Translations under genes and position numbers: made by a program
Shown here: piece by piece, positions 1-10,477 of the stretch
Numbering within the stretch: the first letter of the stretch is position 1
Layout: each line of letters starts with the position of its first letter
Assembly (NCBI GenBank): GCA_030615505.1
Contig: JAUWZD010000008.1
Coordinates: forward strand, 104 to 64,103
Reading direction: 5' to 3'
Length of the DNA: 64,000 bases
DNA from: Spirochaetales bacterium
GTDB taxonomy: Bacteria > Spirochaetota > Spirochaetia > SZUA-6 > DRHE01
Notes under the pieces: generated by a model
The model's database searches: none
Seen by the model: only the letters and a program-made list of their open reading frames with translations
Told to the model about the DNA's origin: nothing

Positions 1-588
1 CCCTTTCCACATTTCTCTTATAACTCGCAAGCGAAGCAAACAGCTTGCCTTCCACAGTGCCCTTAACTTCCCCTTCAAGCCTGTCAAGAAGCTCTTCATA
101 AACTATTAATGCATCTGTTTCCCAGTTTGAAACCAATATCTCTATTTTATCTTCTAAAAGAGCATCCCACGCTTCTCTGTGTTCATCCAGATCAGCCATC
201 CCCTTGAGCATGGGGTCTCCGGCTGAGTCAAATAGAATATTCCCAGAACCATCCGTTTCAAAAAGGTACTCAAGATTGGCATTTTTTATCTCGGATAAAA
301 AGCTCAAAACATCAACAAGGGGTAAGGTTCTCTCAAACTTCTCTTCTGTCCATTCGGCAAGCCTTTCCTTTAAAAGTTCCTCATACTCATCCTTTTCCCA
401 CTCCGGCGCTGCTGCAAGGCCCAGGTTGGCTACACTTAGCCATGCCTCAAGCGTTTCCTCCCTGTCAGCACGGTTAAAATACACTAAAAGGCTTTCTCTA
501 CCAGCCGCTTGAGTTTCAAGACCTTCCTGTGCGCTTATGCCGGCAATAATAGAAAAGAACAGGAGTATAGAGAGATACCTTCTAAACA
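1..588 (-). CDS. Secreted hypothetical protein, partial (3' end of gene runs off window start)
   Basis: Minus-strand ATG at 588 gives MFRRYLSILLFFSIIAGISAQEG... (signal peptide). The frame stays open to position 1 with no stop. The listed + ORF 204..512 is antisense to it. Confidence 0.6.
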
Positions 589-667
589 TGAGCCGCCCCT
601 CTTATGAATTAATTATTACATAGTTTGATATAAATCAAGCTGTTTGTCAAATAATTTTGATAGTTTA

Positions 668-695
668 TTGACAAATTTATTTTACCAAATATACT
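668..695 (+). promoter_or_regulatory. Sigma70-like promoter (TTGACA-N16-TATACT) for the 726..13357 operon
   Basis: TTGACA at 668-673 and TATACT at 690-695 lie about 30 bp upstream of the ATG at 726. The direct repeat TCAAATAATTTT (649-660 and 699-710) and an imperfect palindrome flank it. Confidence 0.45.
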
Positions 696-725
696 GTATC
701 AAATAATTTTTGCACTGCAGTATAT

Positions 726-1370
726 ATGAAACAAATCCTTCTAATGATTATGCTGATTCTCATCTTCTCTTGTTCAGAGCAAAAAATAACTCATGAGCTT
801 TTAACACAATATGCTGAAGCGAAAACCCTATATATTAAAGGAAATCTTGACGAAGCTCTTCCACTATTTCTGGCAATAAGAGATAAGGCGCCTGAGTTCT
901 CAAGCAATTCCTTTATGTTGGGAAAACTCTATTTTTTTAAAAAAAATCATGAAGAGGCTGAAAAAACCTGGCTTGAAACGCTTGAGCAAAATCCGAAGCA
1001 TATAGATACAGTTAAGTGGCTTTCCAGACTCTACCTGATTCAGAATAAAGCAGAAGAAGCAGAAAGCTTAGTTGTCAAGGCCTTAAAAAACAGTTCCGAA
1101 GACCCGGAACTCCTGATCCTTCTGGGGAAAATAAAACGAGAGCAGAAGGATTTCAGCTTAGCAAATGAATTTTATATTAAGGCTCAATTTTTTAAAGAAA
1201 AACTCGCAGAAGCTTATATCGATTTAGCAGAAATATATGGGAAATTCGGTCTTGCTGGTAAGGCAGAACAAGAACTTGAAAAGGCATTATTTCTTCTTGG
1301 TGAAGAGAGCAGCCTGTATAAATCGATAGAATCTATTCTTGCCGGGTTAAAAGAGGAGACAAAACGGTGA
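726..1370 (+). CDS. TPR-repeat lipoprotein
   Basis: Signal peptide with lipobox (LILIFSC). TPR-like helical repeats in translation. Stop overlaps the next start. Confidence 0.75.
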   Translation: MKQILLMIMLILIFSCSEQKITHELLTQYAEAKTLYIKGNLDEALPLFLAIRDKAPEFSSNSFMLGKLYFFKKNHEEAEKTWLETLEQNPKHIDTVKWLSRLYLIQNKAEEAESLVVKALKNSSEDPELLILLGKIKREQKDFSLANEFYIKAQFFKEKLAEAYIDLAEIYGKFGLAGKAEQELEKALFLLGEESSLYKSIESILAGLKEETKR

Positions 1371-1825
1371 AATATACCTTTATTCTTGTTTTAACAATCC
1401 TTCTATCATCATGCATACTGTTCAAAAGCTCCAGGGTAGAAGATGTTTTTTATAATAAGAGCTATAGCAATGGAATATTAAACAGCAATATTATAATTCA
1501 AAATCTTACAGTCCAGAAAGATCTTGATCATGGAACTGTCAAAGCAAATGCCCAGTATATTCTTGGCCTGCTATCGGCTAAATATAATGAGGATTTAACT
1601 CAAAAAGCTTCCACCCTTTTTGCCCATATAATAATAAAAGAAGCCCCATTTATAAAAAATTATGAAACCCTCAACTCAGTCGCTTTGGAGATTAAACTGA
1701 CAGAAGATCAGGATAAAAAACCTGTGTTTATTTACCTATTAAGTGATGAAACCAAAAATACTATCTCCTCCTATAAATACCTCTATGAGATACTTGAAAG
1801 GCCATTCAAACAAATATACAAATGA
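1367..1825 (+). CDS. Lipoprotein, hypothetical
   Basis: N-terminus MKYTFILVLTILLSSC with a lipobox. 4-bp overlap with upstream and downstream genes. Confidence 0.65.
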   Translation: MKYTFILVLTILLSSCILFKSSRVEDVFYNKSYSNGILNSNIIIQNLTVQKDLDHGTVKANAQYILGLLSAKYNEDLTQKASTLFAHIIIKEAPFIKNYETLNSVALEIKLTEDQDKKPVFIYLLSDETKNTISSYKYLYEILERPFKQIYK

Positions 1826-3261
1826 AAGGTTTTACAGCAGGTTTCTTTATCCTCTTTCTTGGATTATCGCCCTTTCTATTAAATGGACAAAGCAGCCTTA
1901 ATGTTAAACTAAAGACAATTGATCTTGAGACATCTATTTTTAGAGCGCTTTATAATAGTAGTGACATTCAGTATATGCGCTTCGAGCAAAGAATAGCTGA
2001 TGAGAGAGTTAAATTGGGCTTAAGGCGATTTTTCCCTATCCTTGAACTTGGATTCACCCAGAGTGATTCTGTAACCTACGGCAGCCCGGACTCGCGAATA
2101 AAAAAGCTCTCAGTCGGCCTGGAACAACTTATCTATGATGGTGGGAAATTGGCTCAAAGTTATAAGAATCAAAAAAATGAGCTAAGGTTGAATTCATACT
2201 CATTAAACCTAAAAACAGAGGAGCTAATCTTCTCAGTGATAAATCTATACACGGAGATTCTCAGATTTCGACTGACAAAAGAGATACAGAGAGAAACCTT
2301 CCAAAATGCTCTAAAACAGCTTGAAATTGCACAAGTGGAACATAAACTGGGCATGATCACGGAACTGGACCTATTAGATATAAAATTGGCTGTTGCAGAT
2401 TTTAAGATAGACCTTGAAGAGACAGAACAGGAGGAGAGACTCCTTATGTTTCAATTTGCAAGGATTCTCGGCTCTCCACCGGAGGAGACTCCACTTCCAG
2501 CGGGATACATCAACCCTGAGTATTCAGGATTCATCCAATGCGAGGATGATGATCTCTCTTCCTTATCAGATTATTATACTGAAAAAGCAAAAAAAAATAG
2601 TCTTGAGTTTATGAAAAAAAGTCTTCAAGTATTACAGAGTAGAGAGATTTTGCGTCAAGCAAAATGGAGATGGCTGCCCCAAATTAAAGCTAACTTAGAT
2701 CTTAGCATGTCCGGTAACCGCTTTCCCCTTTCTGAACCAGGTTTTAGCTTTGCTTTAGAATTTGGATTCGATCTTCCCGTAACACCCATTCAAACAAGCA
2801 GCACTTTGGGCAAAAAAGATCCTACTGAGAGATCAACTGGACTAAGCGTAAGCACACAACCCATTACAAACCTTGAAGGGCTCCTCTCTAAAAGAATAGC
2901 TGAAATAAACCTATCAAAAACCTGCAGCGAGTTGGACGATTTCGAAACCGATACCCGTTTCACTATTAAAGAGAGCCTAGTAAAAATAGATAACCAAAGA
3001 GAAACACTTGCCCTTTTTAGAAAGAAGCTGAAAATCGAAAAGGCCAGGTTTAAAATCCAAAAATTAAGAATGGAATTAGGGGAGATTAAGAGAATTGACC
3101 TTTTAAACAGTCAAATTGAACTCGCTGAACACAAAATTGAAATATTGAGTAAAATTGTAGAATTGTACTCAGCTGAGATAGCTTTATTGAGAAGCAGCGG
3201 AGTATCAGGACTGAAAGATACGCACAAGCACATTGTTCTAAAAGAAGAAGTAAGCCTATGA
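1822..3261 (+). CDS. TolC-like outer membrane efflux protein (OMF family)
   Basis: Signal peptide. Two-repeat alpha-helical/coiled-coil organisation typical of outer membrane factors. First of the efflux components, overlapping its neighbours. Confidence 0.8.
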   Translation: MKGFTAGFFILFLGLSPFLLNGQSSLNVKLKTIDLETSIFRALYNSSDIQYMRFEQRIADERVKLGLRRFFPILELGFTQSDSVTYGSPDSRIKKLSVGLEQLIYDGGKLAQSYKNQKNELRLNSYSLNLKTEELIFSVINLYTEILRFRLTKEIQRETFQNALKQLEIAQVEHKLGMITELDLLDIKLAVADFKIDLEETEQEERLLMFQFARILGSPPEETPLPAGYINPEYSGFIQCEDDDLSSLSDYYTEKAKKNSLEFMKKSLQVLQSREILRQAKWRWLPQIKANLDLSMSGNRFPLSEPGFSFALEFGFDLPVTPIQTSSTLGKKDPTERSTGLSVSTQPITNLEGLLSKRIAEINLSKTCSELDDFETDTRFTIKESLVKIDNQRETLALFRKKLKIEKARFKIQKLRMELGEIKRIDLLNSQIELAEHKIEILSKIVELYSAEIALLRSSGVSGLKDTHKHIVLKEEVSL

Positions 3262-4592
3262 AAAAAAATGTATGCCTTTTGCTACTATTAATTGCTTTAT
3301 CATGCAAGAACGAAACAGAACAGAAAACAGAGGCAAAAAAAGAAATAATCAGTATATCGGTTGCGCAAAAAGAGATGATAAGCTCTGAGTTTCGTTCATT
3401 CGGTATGATTGTCTATTTCAATAAGGCTGATGTATTTCCAACCACAGAAGGCAATATAGAAAATATCTACGCTGAAGAGGGTATGGAGGTAGAGAAAGGG
3501 CAAATTCTGGCTAGGTTGATGCAGCAAAAACTTCTCATCAGGAAAGAAGAAGCAGAAGCTGAAATCGGATCAAAAAAAGCCCTTGTTGAGCTCTCTGAAG
3601 AAAAACTTAAGGAAGCTGTAAAAGCTATTGAAGCCAAACTTATCAATATTAATAATACAGAAGCAGAGCTTGAACAGAAAAAAGCGGAGTTTGAAAATAT
3701 ATCTAATATTTATGAGAACAAAAAGAAATTATTTGAAGTTGAAGGGGTTTCAAAGGAAGAACTTGAATCCATTAAAACTCAATACTTGAGTTATAAAACA
3801 AAACTCGCACAAACAGAAGGAGATTTGGAGATACGGAGAATCGGGTTTAGAGACTGTGACATCATAAAAGCTGGGTATGAAGTTCCTGAGGATTACGAAG
3901 CAAGGAAGAAAATCCAGGTAAAAATTAATACACGCATGCTTGAAGCAGACAAAAAGGTTTCTGAAGCAGAGCTGAATGCTGCTTTATCCAACTTAAGAAC
4001 AATCGATCTTTTCATCTCAGAAACGATTATACGTGCTCCAATATCAGGCATCATCGGTTCCCGCTATTTGGATATGGGAGAGAAGGCCACTCCCGAAAGC
4101 CAGCTTTTTACCATATTCAACATAAAAAAAGTGTACATACAGGTTGATGTGAGTGAAAAAGATCTCTCTCAGATTAGACTTGGCCAGAAGGCGCTAATAG
4201 ATATTGAGGGGGGAAAATCATATACAATCGAAGGAACAGTAAAGTTGATTTCTCCCTATATCAACCCGGAGACAAGAACGGCAAGAATTAAAATAGAAGC
4301 GGATAATACTCATAAATTGCTCTCTCCCGGGATGTTTGTACGAGTGAAAATTATAACCGGCTTACCGGAAGAGAAGATATTCATTCCGGAAGGCTCCGTG
4401 CTTACCGACCAGGAAGGTAATTTCTACCTCTTTTTAGTGAGAAATAACAGGCTGTTTAAAAAACAGGTGGAAGTGGGGACCAAACATGAAGATAGAATTA
4501 TCATAGTAGATGGCATCGAAGAAGGAGATTTAATATGCTTAAATCCCTCTGTATCTTTTAAAGACGGGACAGAAGTGGAGGTAATAAAATGA
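3258..4592 (+). CDS. Membrane fusion / periplasmic adaptor protein, HlyD family with a long alpha-hairpin
   Basis: Lipobox N-terminus. About 150-aa coiled-coil segment. C-terminal beta-barrel/MP motifs (IRAPISGIIG..., LISPYINPETRTARIKIEADN) typical of HlyD/RND adaptors. Confidence 0.85.
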   Translation: MKKNVCLLLLLIALSCKNETEQKTEAKKEIISISVAQKEMISSEFRSFGMIVYFNKADVFPTTEGNIENIYAEEGMEVEKGQILARLMQQKLLIRKEEAEAEIGSKKALVELSEEKLKEAVKAIEAKLININNTEAELEQKKAEFENISNIYENKKKLFEVEGVSKEELESIKTQYLSYKTKLAQTEGDLEIRRIGFRDCDIIKAGYEVPEDYEARKKIQVKINTRMLEADKKVSEAELNAALSNLRTIDLFISETIIRAPISGIIGSRYLDMGEKATPESQLFTIFNIKKVYIQVDVSEKDLSQIRLGQKALIDIEGGKSYTIEGTVKLISPYINPETRTARIKIEADNTHKLLSPGMFVRVKIITGLPEEKIFIPEGSVLTDQEGNFYLFLVRNNRLFKKQVEVGTKHEDRIIIVDGIEEGDLICLNPSVSFKDGTEVEVIK

Positions 4593-6040
4593 AACAATTT
4601 TTTTTATGCGCCGCAGTCTTATTCATTTGCAGCTGCAAGCTGTTTTTTTTTCCGGATACCTCAGGAATTAAAACATCTCCATCCGAACGGGATCAAATTT
4701 TGGGCTTGGATGAAGAGATTTATATTGATTTTGATTTCTCTGTTGACAGGCTTTCAGTTGAAAAAATCTTTTCAGTAGAAAGCCAGGGTGGAACAGCAGG
4801 CGGCAGTATCACATGGGATGGAGACACTCTAACCTTTACGCCGGAACCGGAACTCATCTTTGGTGCACGATACGTTTTAAATTGCAAGGGCACTATACAG
4901 GATAAAGAAGGCAACAGCTATAAATTGGATATTGAAATTCCCTTTTTTTATGGAAGTGATGAGGAGCAGCAGCCCCTGGTCGTATCAGTGAGCCCTTCAA
5001 GCGGACAGAAGGTTTCAGGCACAACACCTGTAGTGATAGGTTTTTCCAAGAAGATAGATACGCTCACTTTTAAAGATGGGTTTGATCTCTCACCGGATAC
5101 TGACCATGAAATTACCTGGAATCCGGCTAATACAATCGTAACGATTACTCCGGATGACCGGTGGCATAATCTCGTTTTATATACTGTAAGCCTGGATGAT
5201 GCGATAAAGGATACGAAAGGTATACCACTCTCAGTGGAAGTTGAAACGAGCTTTTTAGTTGAAGATGACGCCGATATACCGATGGTAGTAAGTGCCGGTC
5301 CGGCAGAAAACGACTGGGGCCCTCCCCCATTCAACCTGATAAGCACAGATCTGAATGATATCACCTACACGGACGCTATCCGAATCACTTTCTCAGAGGC
5401 CATGGAACAGGAAAAGACCGCTCAAGCCTTTTCTCTTACACCGGGTGTTACGGGGGAGACAGTCTGGATAGACGAAGAAAATCTAGTATTTATCCCGGAA
5501 ACAGGTTACGATATGAGCACGGAATATACCCTGGCTATTGAGAAAACGGCAGAAGATTTATACGGAAACCCGCTTTCAGATGACTATATTGTTCAATTTT
5601 CAACGGATCTCACCATACCGATACTGGAAGTATCCTCTATTAAGGCAATTAAAGACACAAGTACGATTGAGATGACTCCTCCCTATGATACTGCCAACCC
5701 GCAGGACTTAGATGACGGAGGCGGGATTCCTGATTATAACTATGAGTTCATATTCGAATTTTCTGAACCCTTCACCACGAGCGAGGAGAAATACCTGGTT
5801 CAAAGCAATATCAATATTTCCGTTGAGTTTGGTGATGTAAGCAGTCCCTATGCTATTGGCCACACCTGGCTGACCGATTATGAATTAAGCATCACTTTTA
5901 CAGGTTTTAATTCCGCTCTGGACTTAGAGTACTATTATATGCTTGAAATAAAAGGGGGGCAAAATGGTATTAAGAACAACGAAGGGAGTTATCTTCCTGA
6001 AGACATCAGGCAGCTTCTAAGAATAAGGATAGAAGAATGA
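4589..6040 (+). CDS. Lipoprotein with bacterial Ig-like (SbsA/Big_5-type) domain
   Basis: Lipobox FICSC. Motif ITFSEAMEQEKTAQAFSLTPGVTGETVWIDEENLVFIPETGYDMSTEYTLAIEKTAEDLYGNPL matches the Big_5 consensus. ATGA overlaps on both sides. Confidence 0.75.
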   Translation: MKQFFLCAAVLFICSCKLFFFPDTSGIKTSPSERDQILGLDEEIYIDFDFSVDRLSVEKIFSVESQGGTAGGSITWDGDTLTFTPEPELIFGARYVLNCKGTIQDKEGNSYKLDIEIPFFYGSDEEQQPLVVSVSPSSGQKVSGTTPVVIGFSKKIDTLTFKDGFDLSPDTDHEITWNPANTIVTITPDDRWHNLVLYTVSLDDAIKDTKGIPLSVEVETSFLVEDDADIPMVVSAGPAENDWGPPPFNLISTDLNDITYTDAIRITFSEAMEQEKTAQAFSLTPGVTGETVWIDEENLVFIPETGYDMSTEYTLAIEKTAEDLYGNPLSDDYIVQFSTDLTIPILEVSSIKAIKDTSTIEMTPPYDTANPQDLDDGGGIPDYNYEFIFEFSEPFTTSEEKYLVQSNINISVEFGDVSSPYAIGHTWLTDYELSITFTGFNSALDLEYYYMLEIKGGQNGIKNNEGSYLPEDIRQLLRIRIEE

Positions 6041-7461
6041 AAAAAATAATCCTTCTTATCATCGCCATACAAGTAATCCTGACAGGATGCCGTTTAATCC
6101 AGGATTTTATGAACATGAGCCCCCCGGAAATCCTCTCTTTCTCTCCGGATGACGAGTACGTAACGGCATCTGAGTTATCTGAGGTGTGCATCACATTTTC
6201 TCAAGGCATGGATAAAACAAAAACCGAAGGAGCCTTTTCCTTGACAGAAGGCTCAAGCAGCCTTGAAGGCGTGTTTTCCTGGAAAGAAAACAGACTATCC
6301 TTTGTGCCCTTTTCAGGTTTTAAAACAAACAAAACGTATACCATTCAAATTGAAACCACGGCGGAAGATCGATATGGGAACTCTTTAATGGATGAGTTCT
6401 ATTTTACTTTTTTCACAGGAGAGGAAAAAAACCGCCCTAGAATTGTAGGCCATTCCCCTGCTGCCGGGGCTGTAATTGCCAACCTCTTGGAACCTGTTAT
6501 TATTAATTTTTCAGAACCTGTTGACAAGGAGAGCCTTTACTCAAGCTTCAGTATATCACCCGAAGTCCAGGGAAATTTTACTTGGAATATTGATAACAGT
6601 GTGGTCACATTTACGCCTTTAGAATCCTACGTTGAGGGTGAAGAATACAGAGTGGAGATATCAACAGACCTGGAGGACCTGTCCGGCAACACTTTAGCCG
6701 AAGAATTTTCTTTCCGCTTCCAGGCGGGAGTAGAGACAGATCTCGTGATTAATTCACTAACCACTATGGCAGGCGGAACTGTCATCGAAGATACCAGCAT
6801 CATAACAGTGAATACGGGAATTGAGAAAGATGAAGTGTTTCTAATGGATTTCAATATTCCGGTACCTTTTGAACAAACAACCGGTATCTTTAATATTTCC
6901 CCATCCGCTAATTATAACCTCTACTGGGCTTTAGATTACGAGTCCTGTACTGTCAGCTTTACAGAATACCTGGAATACGGCCAGGTATATGAAATAGTCA
7001 TACTCGAGAATACCTACAGGATCAAGATCGATGGCCCCAATTCCTTGCCTCTTGAAGTTATTCGCCTGACGTTTTGCAATGACAAAACAGAAGTTCCACC
7101 TGTATTTACAACACTTAACCTTAATGATCCCTTCCCTGTTGTAGACTCAAGCACGTCCTGCCTGGATTTTTATATCCACCATGCAACAGGGGCAAGTTTA
7201 AACACTGGCTCCTTTATTGACGCCCTGTCCATTGATTCAGACGCTGTAAGCTTTACACTTCAAAGCATCGAAAATCCTGCAAATGCTTCAACCCCCCCAC
7301 CCAATCCGCCAATTGGTGCGGATGTAACCGTTATTCGAGTAAACTGTGAAGTAAGCGAAGTTCTCCCATCCGGCCTCGTTACCATATCCCTTGATACGGA
7401 TCTTAAAGATTCATTCAATAATACGCTTTTAGAAGAATATATCATGCAGGTAAATCATTGA
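6037..7461 (+). CDS. Lipoprotein with bacterial Ig-like (SbsA/Big_5-type) domain, paralog of 4589..6040
   Basis: Lipobox LTGC. Motif ITFSQGMDKTKTEGAFSLTEGSSSLEGVFSWKENRLSFVPFSGFKTNKTYTIQIETTAEDRYGNSL parallels the upstream gene. Confidence 0.75.
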   Translation: MKKIILLIIAIQVILTGCRLIQDFMNMSPPEILSFSPDDEYVTASELSEVCITFSQGMDKTKTEGAFSLTEGSSSLEGVFSWKENRLSFVPFSGFKTNKTYTIQIETTAEDRYGNSLMDEFYFTFFTGEEKNRPRIVGHSPAAGAVIANLLEPVIINFSEPVDKESLYSSFSISPEVQGNFTWNIDNSVVTFTPLESYVEGEEYRVEISTDLEDLSGNTLAEEFSFRFQAGVETDLVINSLTTMAGGTVIEDTSIITVNTGIEKDEVFLMDFNIPVPFEQTTGIFNISPSANYNLYWALDYESCTVSFTEYLEYGQVYEIVILENTYRIKIDGPNSLPLEVIRLTFCNDKTEVPPVFTTLNLNDPFPVVDSSTSCLDFYIHHATGASLNTGSFIDALSIDSDAVSFTLQSIENPANASTPPPNPPIGADVTVIRVNCEVSEVLPSGLVTISLDTDLKDSFNNTLLEEYIMQVNH

Positions 7462-10400
7462 AGCTGTTAGAAAGAGCCGCCGGACATCCCGTATCAGTAA
7501 TTATGGTATATACGGGTGTATTGCTTTTTGGTCTTGTTTCCCTTTTTAAGCTGAATGTTGAGCTACTGCCCACAATCAATATCCCGGTGGCCCATGTTAT
7601 AACAGAATACCCGAATATCCCCTCTTCAGAAGTGGAACAGCTTGTTACAATACCATTGGAAAATGCACTTTCATCTGTAAAAGGCGTTAAACAGCTAAAC
7701 TCAATCACAAAACAGGGAATATCTTCTGTTGATTTGAGATTTGACTGGGGAAGCAATATTGACAAGGTCGCAGTTGAAATTCGAGAGAAAATTGATTCCG
7801 CTTATCCTTTTCTGCCTTATGGGATTAAAAAGCCTCTTGTTTTTACAGAGGATCTATCTGATGTGCCGGTCATTACCCTTGCCGTTTTCCCAAAAGGAAA
7901 CAGCACAATAGAAGAGATTAGTGATACTGTAAAGAAGGAACTGAAGACCAGACTCCTCCAGATAAAAGGGGTTTCTGACTTGCGCATCGTAGGAGCCACA
8001 GAGCCTGAGATAAAGATCGTTGTTGATGCCTATAAGCTGTACGCGGCTAATATTCCGATTAGTCAAATCATTGAAACAGTAGGATCCTCTATCTATGAAT
8101 ACCCGGCAGGAAAAATCACAGAGGGTGATCTTGAGTACCTTGTTAAAGCTTCCACAGGGGTTACAAGCATAGAAGAGATTAAAAACCTGCCAATACTGAC
8201 AGGCACCGGCACAGTAGGTCTTCATATATCAGATCTTGCTGCAGTCTATCCCGGCATAAAGATGAGAACATCTTTTTTTCATATGAACGGGAAAGATGCC
8301 ATCGGTATATTTATAAATAAAACAGGAGACTCAGGAACTTTAAACGCCTCTGGCAATATCCTTAAAGATTTAGAGGATATTAAAGAGATATTTAGAAAAG
8401 AACTGTCCATCGAAGTAATAGAGGACAGATCAGATGAAATAAGGGCTTCAATAAAAAGCCTATTTATCGCGATTGCTCTTGGCATTATTGCCGCTTTTAT
8501 AGTGCTCTTTTTTTTCTTTAAAAAAAGGGCTATACCGCTTATTACGATTATATCAGTACCAGCTTCGATGACATCCGTTTTTTTATTCATGTACATAAGC
8601 AATATTTCTTTAAACATCATCTCTCTTTCCGGTATAGCTATTGGAATCGGTATGATCGTTGATAACAGTATCGTTGTATTGGAAAATCTGCTTAAAAACA
8701 GGGCTAAAAGCCCGAAAGAGATTGCTTCAAGCACTATAGAAATGGGCTCATCAACATTTGCCTCCACAGTCACAACCCTTTTAGTCTTTCTACCTGTTCT
8801 CTTTATACCCGGTATAACAGGCGCACTCTTTAAAGAACTTGCACTTACAATCAGCTTTTTAATAGCTTCATCATTTATTATTTCCATGACACTGGCTCCG
8901 GCACTGTACAGTCTCTTCCTCGCACAATTACCACCTGAACAGGATGGAATGGCTTTTAAAAGAACTCGATTGTCTTTACGTTATCGCCGTATGCTGTGCT
9001 TCATGATAAGAAAACCTGTATTCCCTATTTTTATTTTAGTGTTAGTAGCAGGCCTCGGATCTATGCTATTTTTAGCCTTGCCTAAAGAGATAATTCCGGA
9101 AGTAGACAGGGGAAAGCTCGAAGCCATTTTTTCTTTCCGCAGAGGAATTACAGCGGAAGATTCTTCTTCCCTGACAAAAGAAATTGAGATATCGCTTTTA
9201 GAGCTTGGTGAGGCAGATATTATTTATTCTGAGGCAGGATTCGATAAGACTTCTGTGAAGGATAAGGCAAGCAGCGGGAGAGACTTAGCTACAGTCAGGA
9301 CCGGGATTATTCTGAATAAAAAACGAAGCGCATCCATTTGGGAAGCAAAGTCATTAATAGCAGGACACCTGGAAAATGAAGGCGATTTTAACTTTCAGGT
9401 AAAAATACCTGATGACGTGATTAAGAAGCTTTTAAACGCTGAAGGCTCGATTCAATTTCTGCTTACAGGAACAGACAGGGAAAAACTTATTTATGATGCA
9501 GAAGCTATTGTAAAGCAGGCACGTGAAAAAAATCTGATAAGCATCGCCGATATTGATACAAAAAAAGAAAGCCCTGAGATTCACCTTAATCTAAAGAGCG
9601 ATTCCCTGGCTTACAGCAGTCTGCAGCCATCAGGCATACTTAATGCCATGTCAAGTTCAATAAGAGGAACTGTTGCCACAAAACTTAAAACAGATGAAGG
9701 TGAAACAGATATCAGAGTCAGATTAAGAAAAGAGCAGACAAGCACAATAGAAAAGCTGGAAAAACTGAAAGTGAAATCTCCAAATGGATTCCTGGAAATA
9801 GGCAATCTTGGAGATTTATCAAAAGATCTTGCTTTCAGTGAAATTTTCAGAAGAAACAGAAAAATGTCTGTTGAAATTACATTCCTGCCTCAACCCGGAA
9901 GAGAGAAGATCCTGAAAAATTATCTTCTCTCCATTCAGAACGAATATAACACAACAAGTTCACAAACAGCCCTTGAACGCAGCTTTAAAGAAATCGGTAT
10001 GGTTTTTATCTTAGCTGTTATTCTAATGTATTTAATTCTCGGAGCGCAATTTGAGTCGTTTACAGTACCCCTTCTACTGCTTATATCATTACCTCTATCG
10101 CTTTTTGGAAGCCTGCTCTTGCTTTTTATTACAGGAAAAAGTATCAATATCAACTCATTCTTGGGAATTCTTATTCTTCTGGGAACCACAATCAATACAT
10201 CTATCATTCTGTGTGCCTCTTTCGGAAAAGGAAGTTTTCCTGAGATTATCAGCGGAAGCATCTCCAGGCTAAAGCCCATCCTGGCCACTGTTTGCACAAC
10301 CATCTTTGCTCTTCTTCCTATTGCGGTGAATCCATCTGCAGAGAACACGATCCAGAGTAACACAGCAATCTCTGTAGTCGGCGGGCTTTTTTCAGGAACA

Positions 10401-10463
10401 CTTACAACGCTTATTATCTTTCCGGTCATATATTTCTACTTAAAAAGAAAAAGCCACCATTAA
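7458..10463 (+). CDS. RND-superfamily efflux permease (AcrB/CzcA-like, 12 TM)
   Basis: 1001 aa. TM4 motif GIAIGIGMIVDNSIVVLEN. Large periplasmic loops. Typical RND size and topology. Confidence 0.9.
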   Translation: MKLLERAAGHPVSVIMVYTGVLLFGLVSLFKLNVELLPTINIPVAHVITEYPNIPSSEVEQLVTIPLENALSSVKGVKQLNSITKQGISSVDLRFDWGSNIDKVAVEIREKIDSAYPFLPYGIKKPLVFTEDLSDVPVITLAVFPKGNSTIEEISDTVKKELKTRLLQIKGVSDLRIVGATEPEIKIVVDAYKLYAANIPISQIIETVGSSIYEYPAGKITEGDLEYLVKASTGVTSIEEIKNLPILTGTGTVGLHISDLAAVYPGIKMRTSFFHMNGKDAIGIFINKTGDSGTLNASGNILKDLEDIKEIFRKELSIEVIEDRSDEIRASIKSLFIAIALGIIAAFIVLFFFFKKRAIPLITIISVPASMTSVFLFMYISNISLNIISLSGIAIGIGMIVDNSIVVLENLLKNRAKSPKEIASSTIEMGSSTFASTVTTLLVFLPVLFIPGITGALFKELALTISFLIASSFIISMTLAPALYSLFLAQLPPEQDGMAFKRTRLSLRYRRMLCFMIRKPVFPIFILVLVAGLGSMLFLALPKEIIPEVDRGKLEAIFSFRRGITAEDSSSLTKEIEISLLELGEADIIYSEAGFDKTSVKDKASSGRDLATVRTGIILNKKRSASIWEAKSLIAGHLENEGDFNFQVKIPDDVIKKLLNAEGSIQFLLTGTDREKLIYDAEAIVKQAREKNLISIADIDTKKESPEIHLNLKSDSLAYSSLQPSGILNAMSSSIRGTVATKLKTDEGETDIRVRLRKEQTSTIEKLEKLKVKSPNGFLEIGNLGDLSKDLAFSEIFRRNRKMSVEITFLPQPGREKILKNYLLSIQNEYNTTSSQTALERSFKEIGMVFILAVILMYLILGAQFESFTVPLLLLISLPLSLFGSLLLLFITGKSININSFLGILILLGTTINTSIILCASFGKGSFPEIISGSISRLKPILATVCTTIFALLPIAVNPSAENTIQSNTAISVVGGLFSGTLTTLIIFPVIYFYLKRKSHH

Positions 10464-10477
10464 AGGCGAGATAGCCC

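Noticed and set aside
204-512. 102-aa + strand ORF
   Set aside because: Antisense to a longer signal-peptide-bearing minus-strand ORF (1..588). Ser-rich low-complexity translation.
8279-8887. 202-aa minus-strand ORF
   Set aside because: Antisense within the RND permease 1 gene, with no start context. The same applies to 9935..10429 and 12997..13353.
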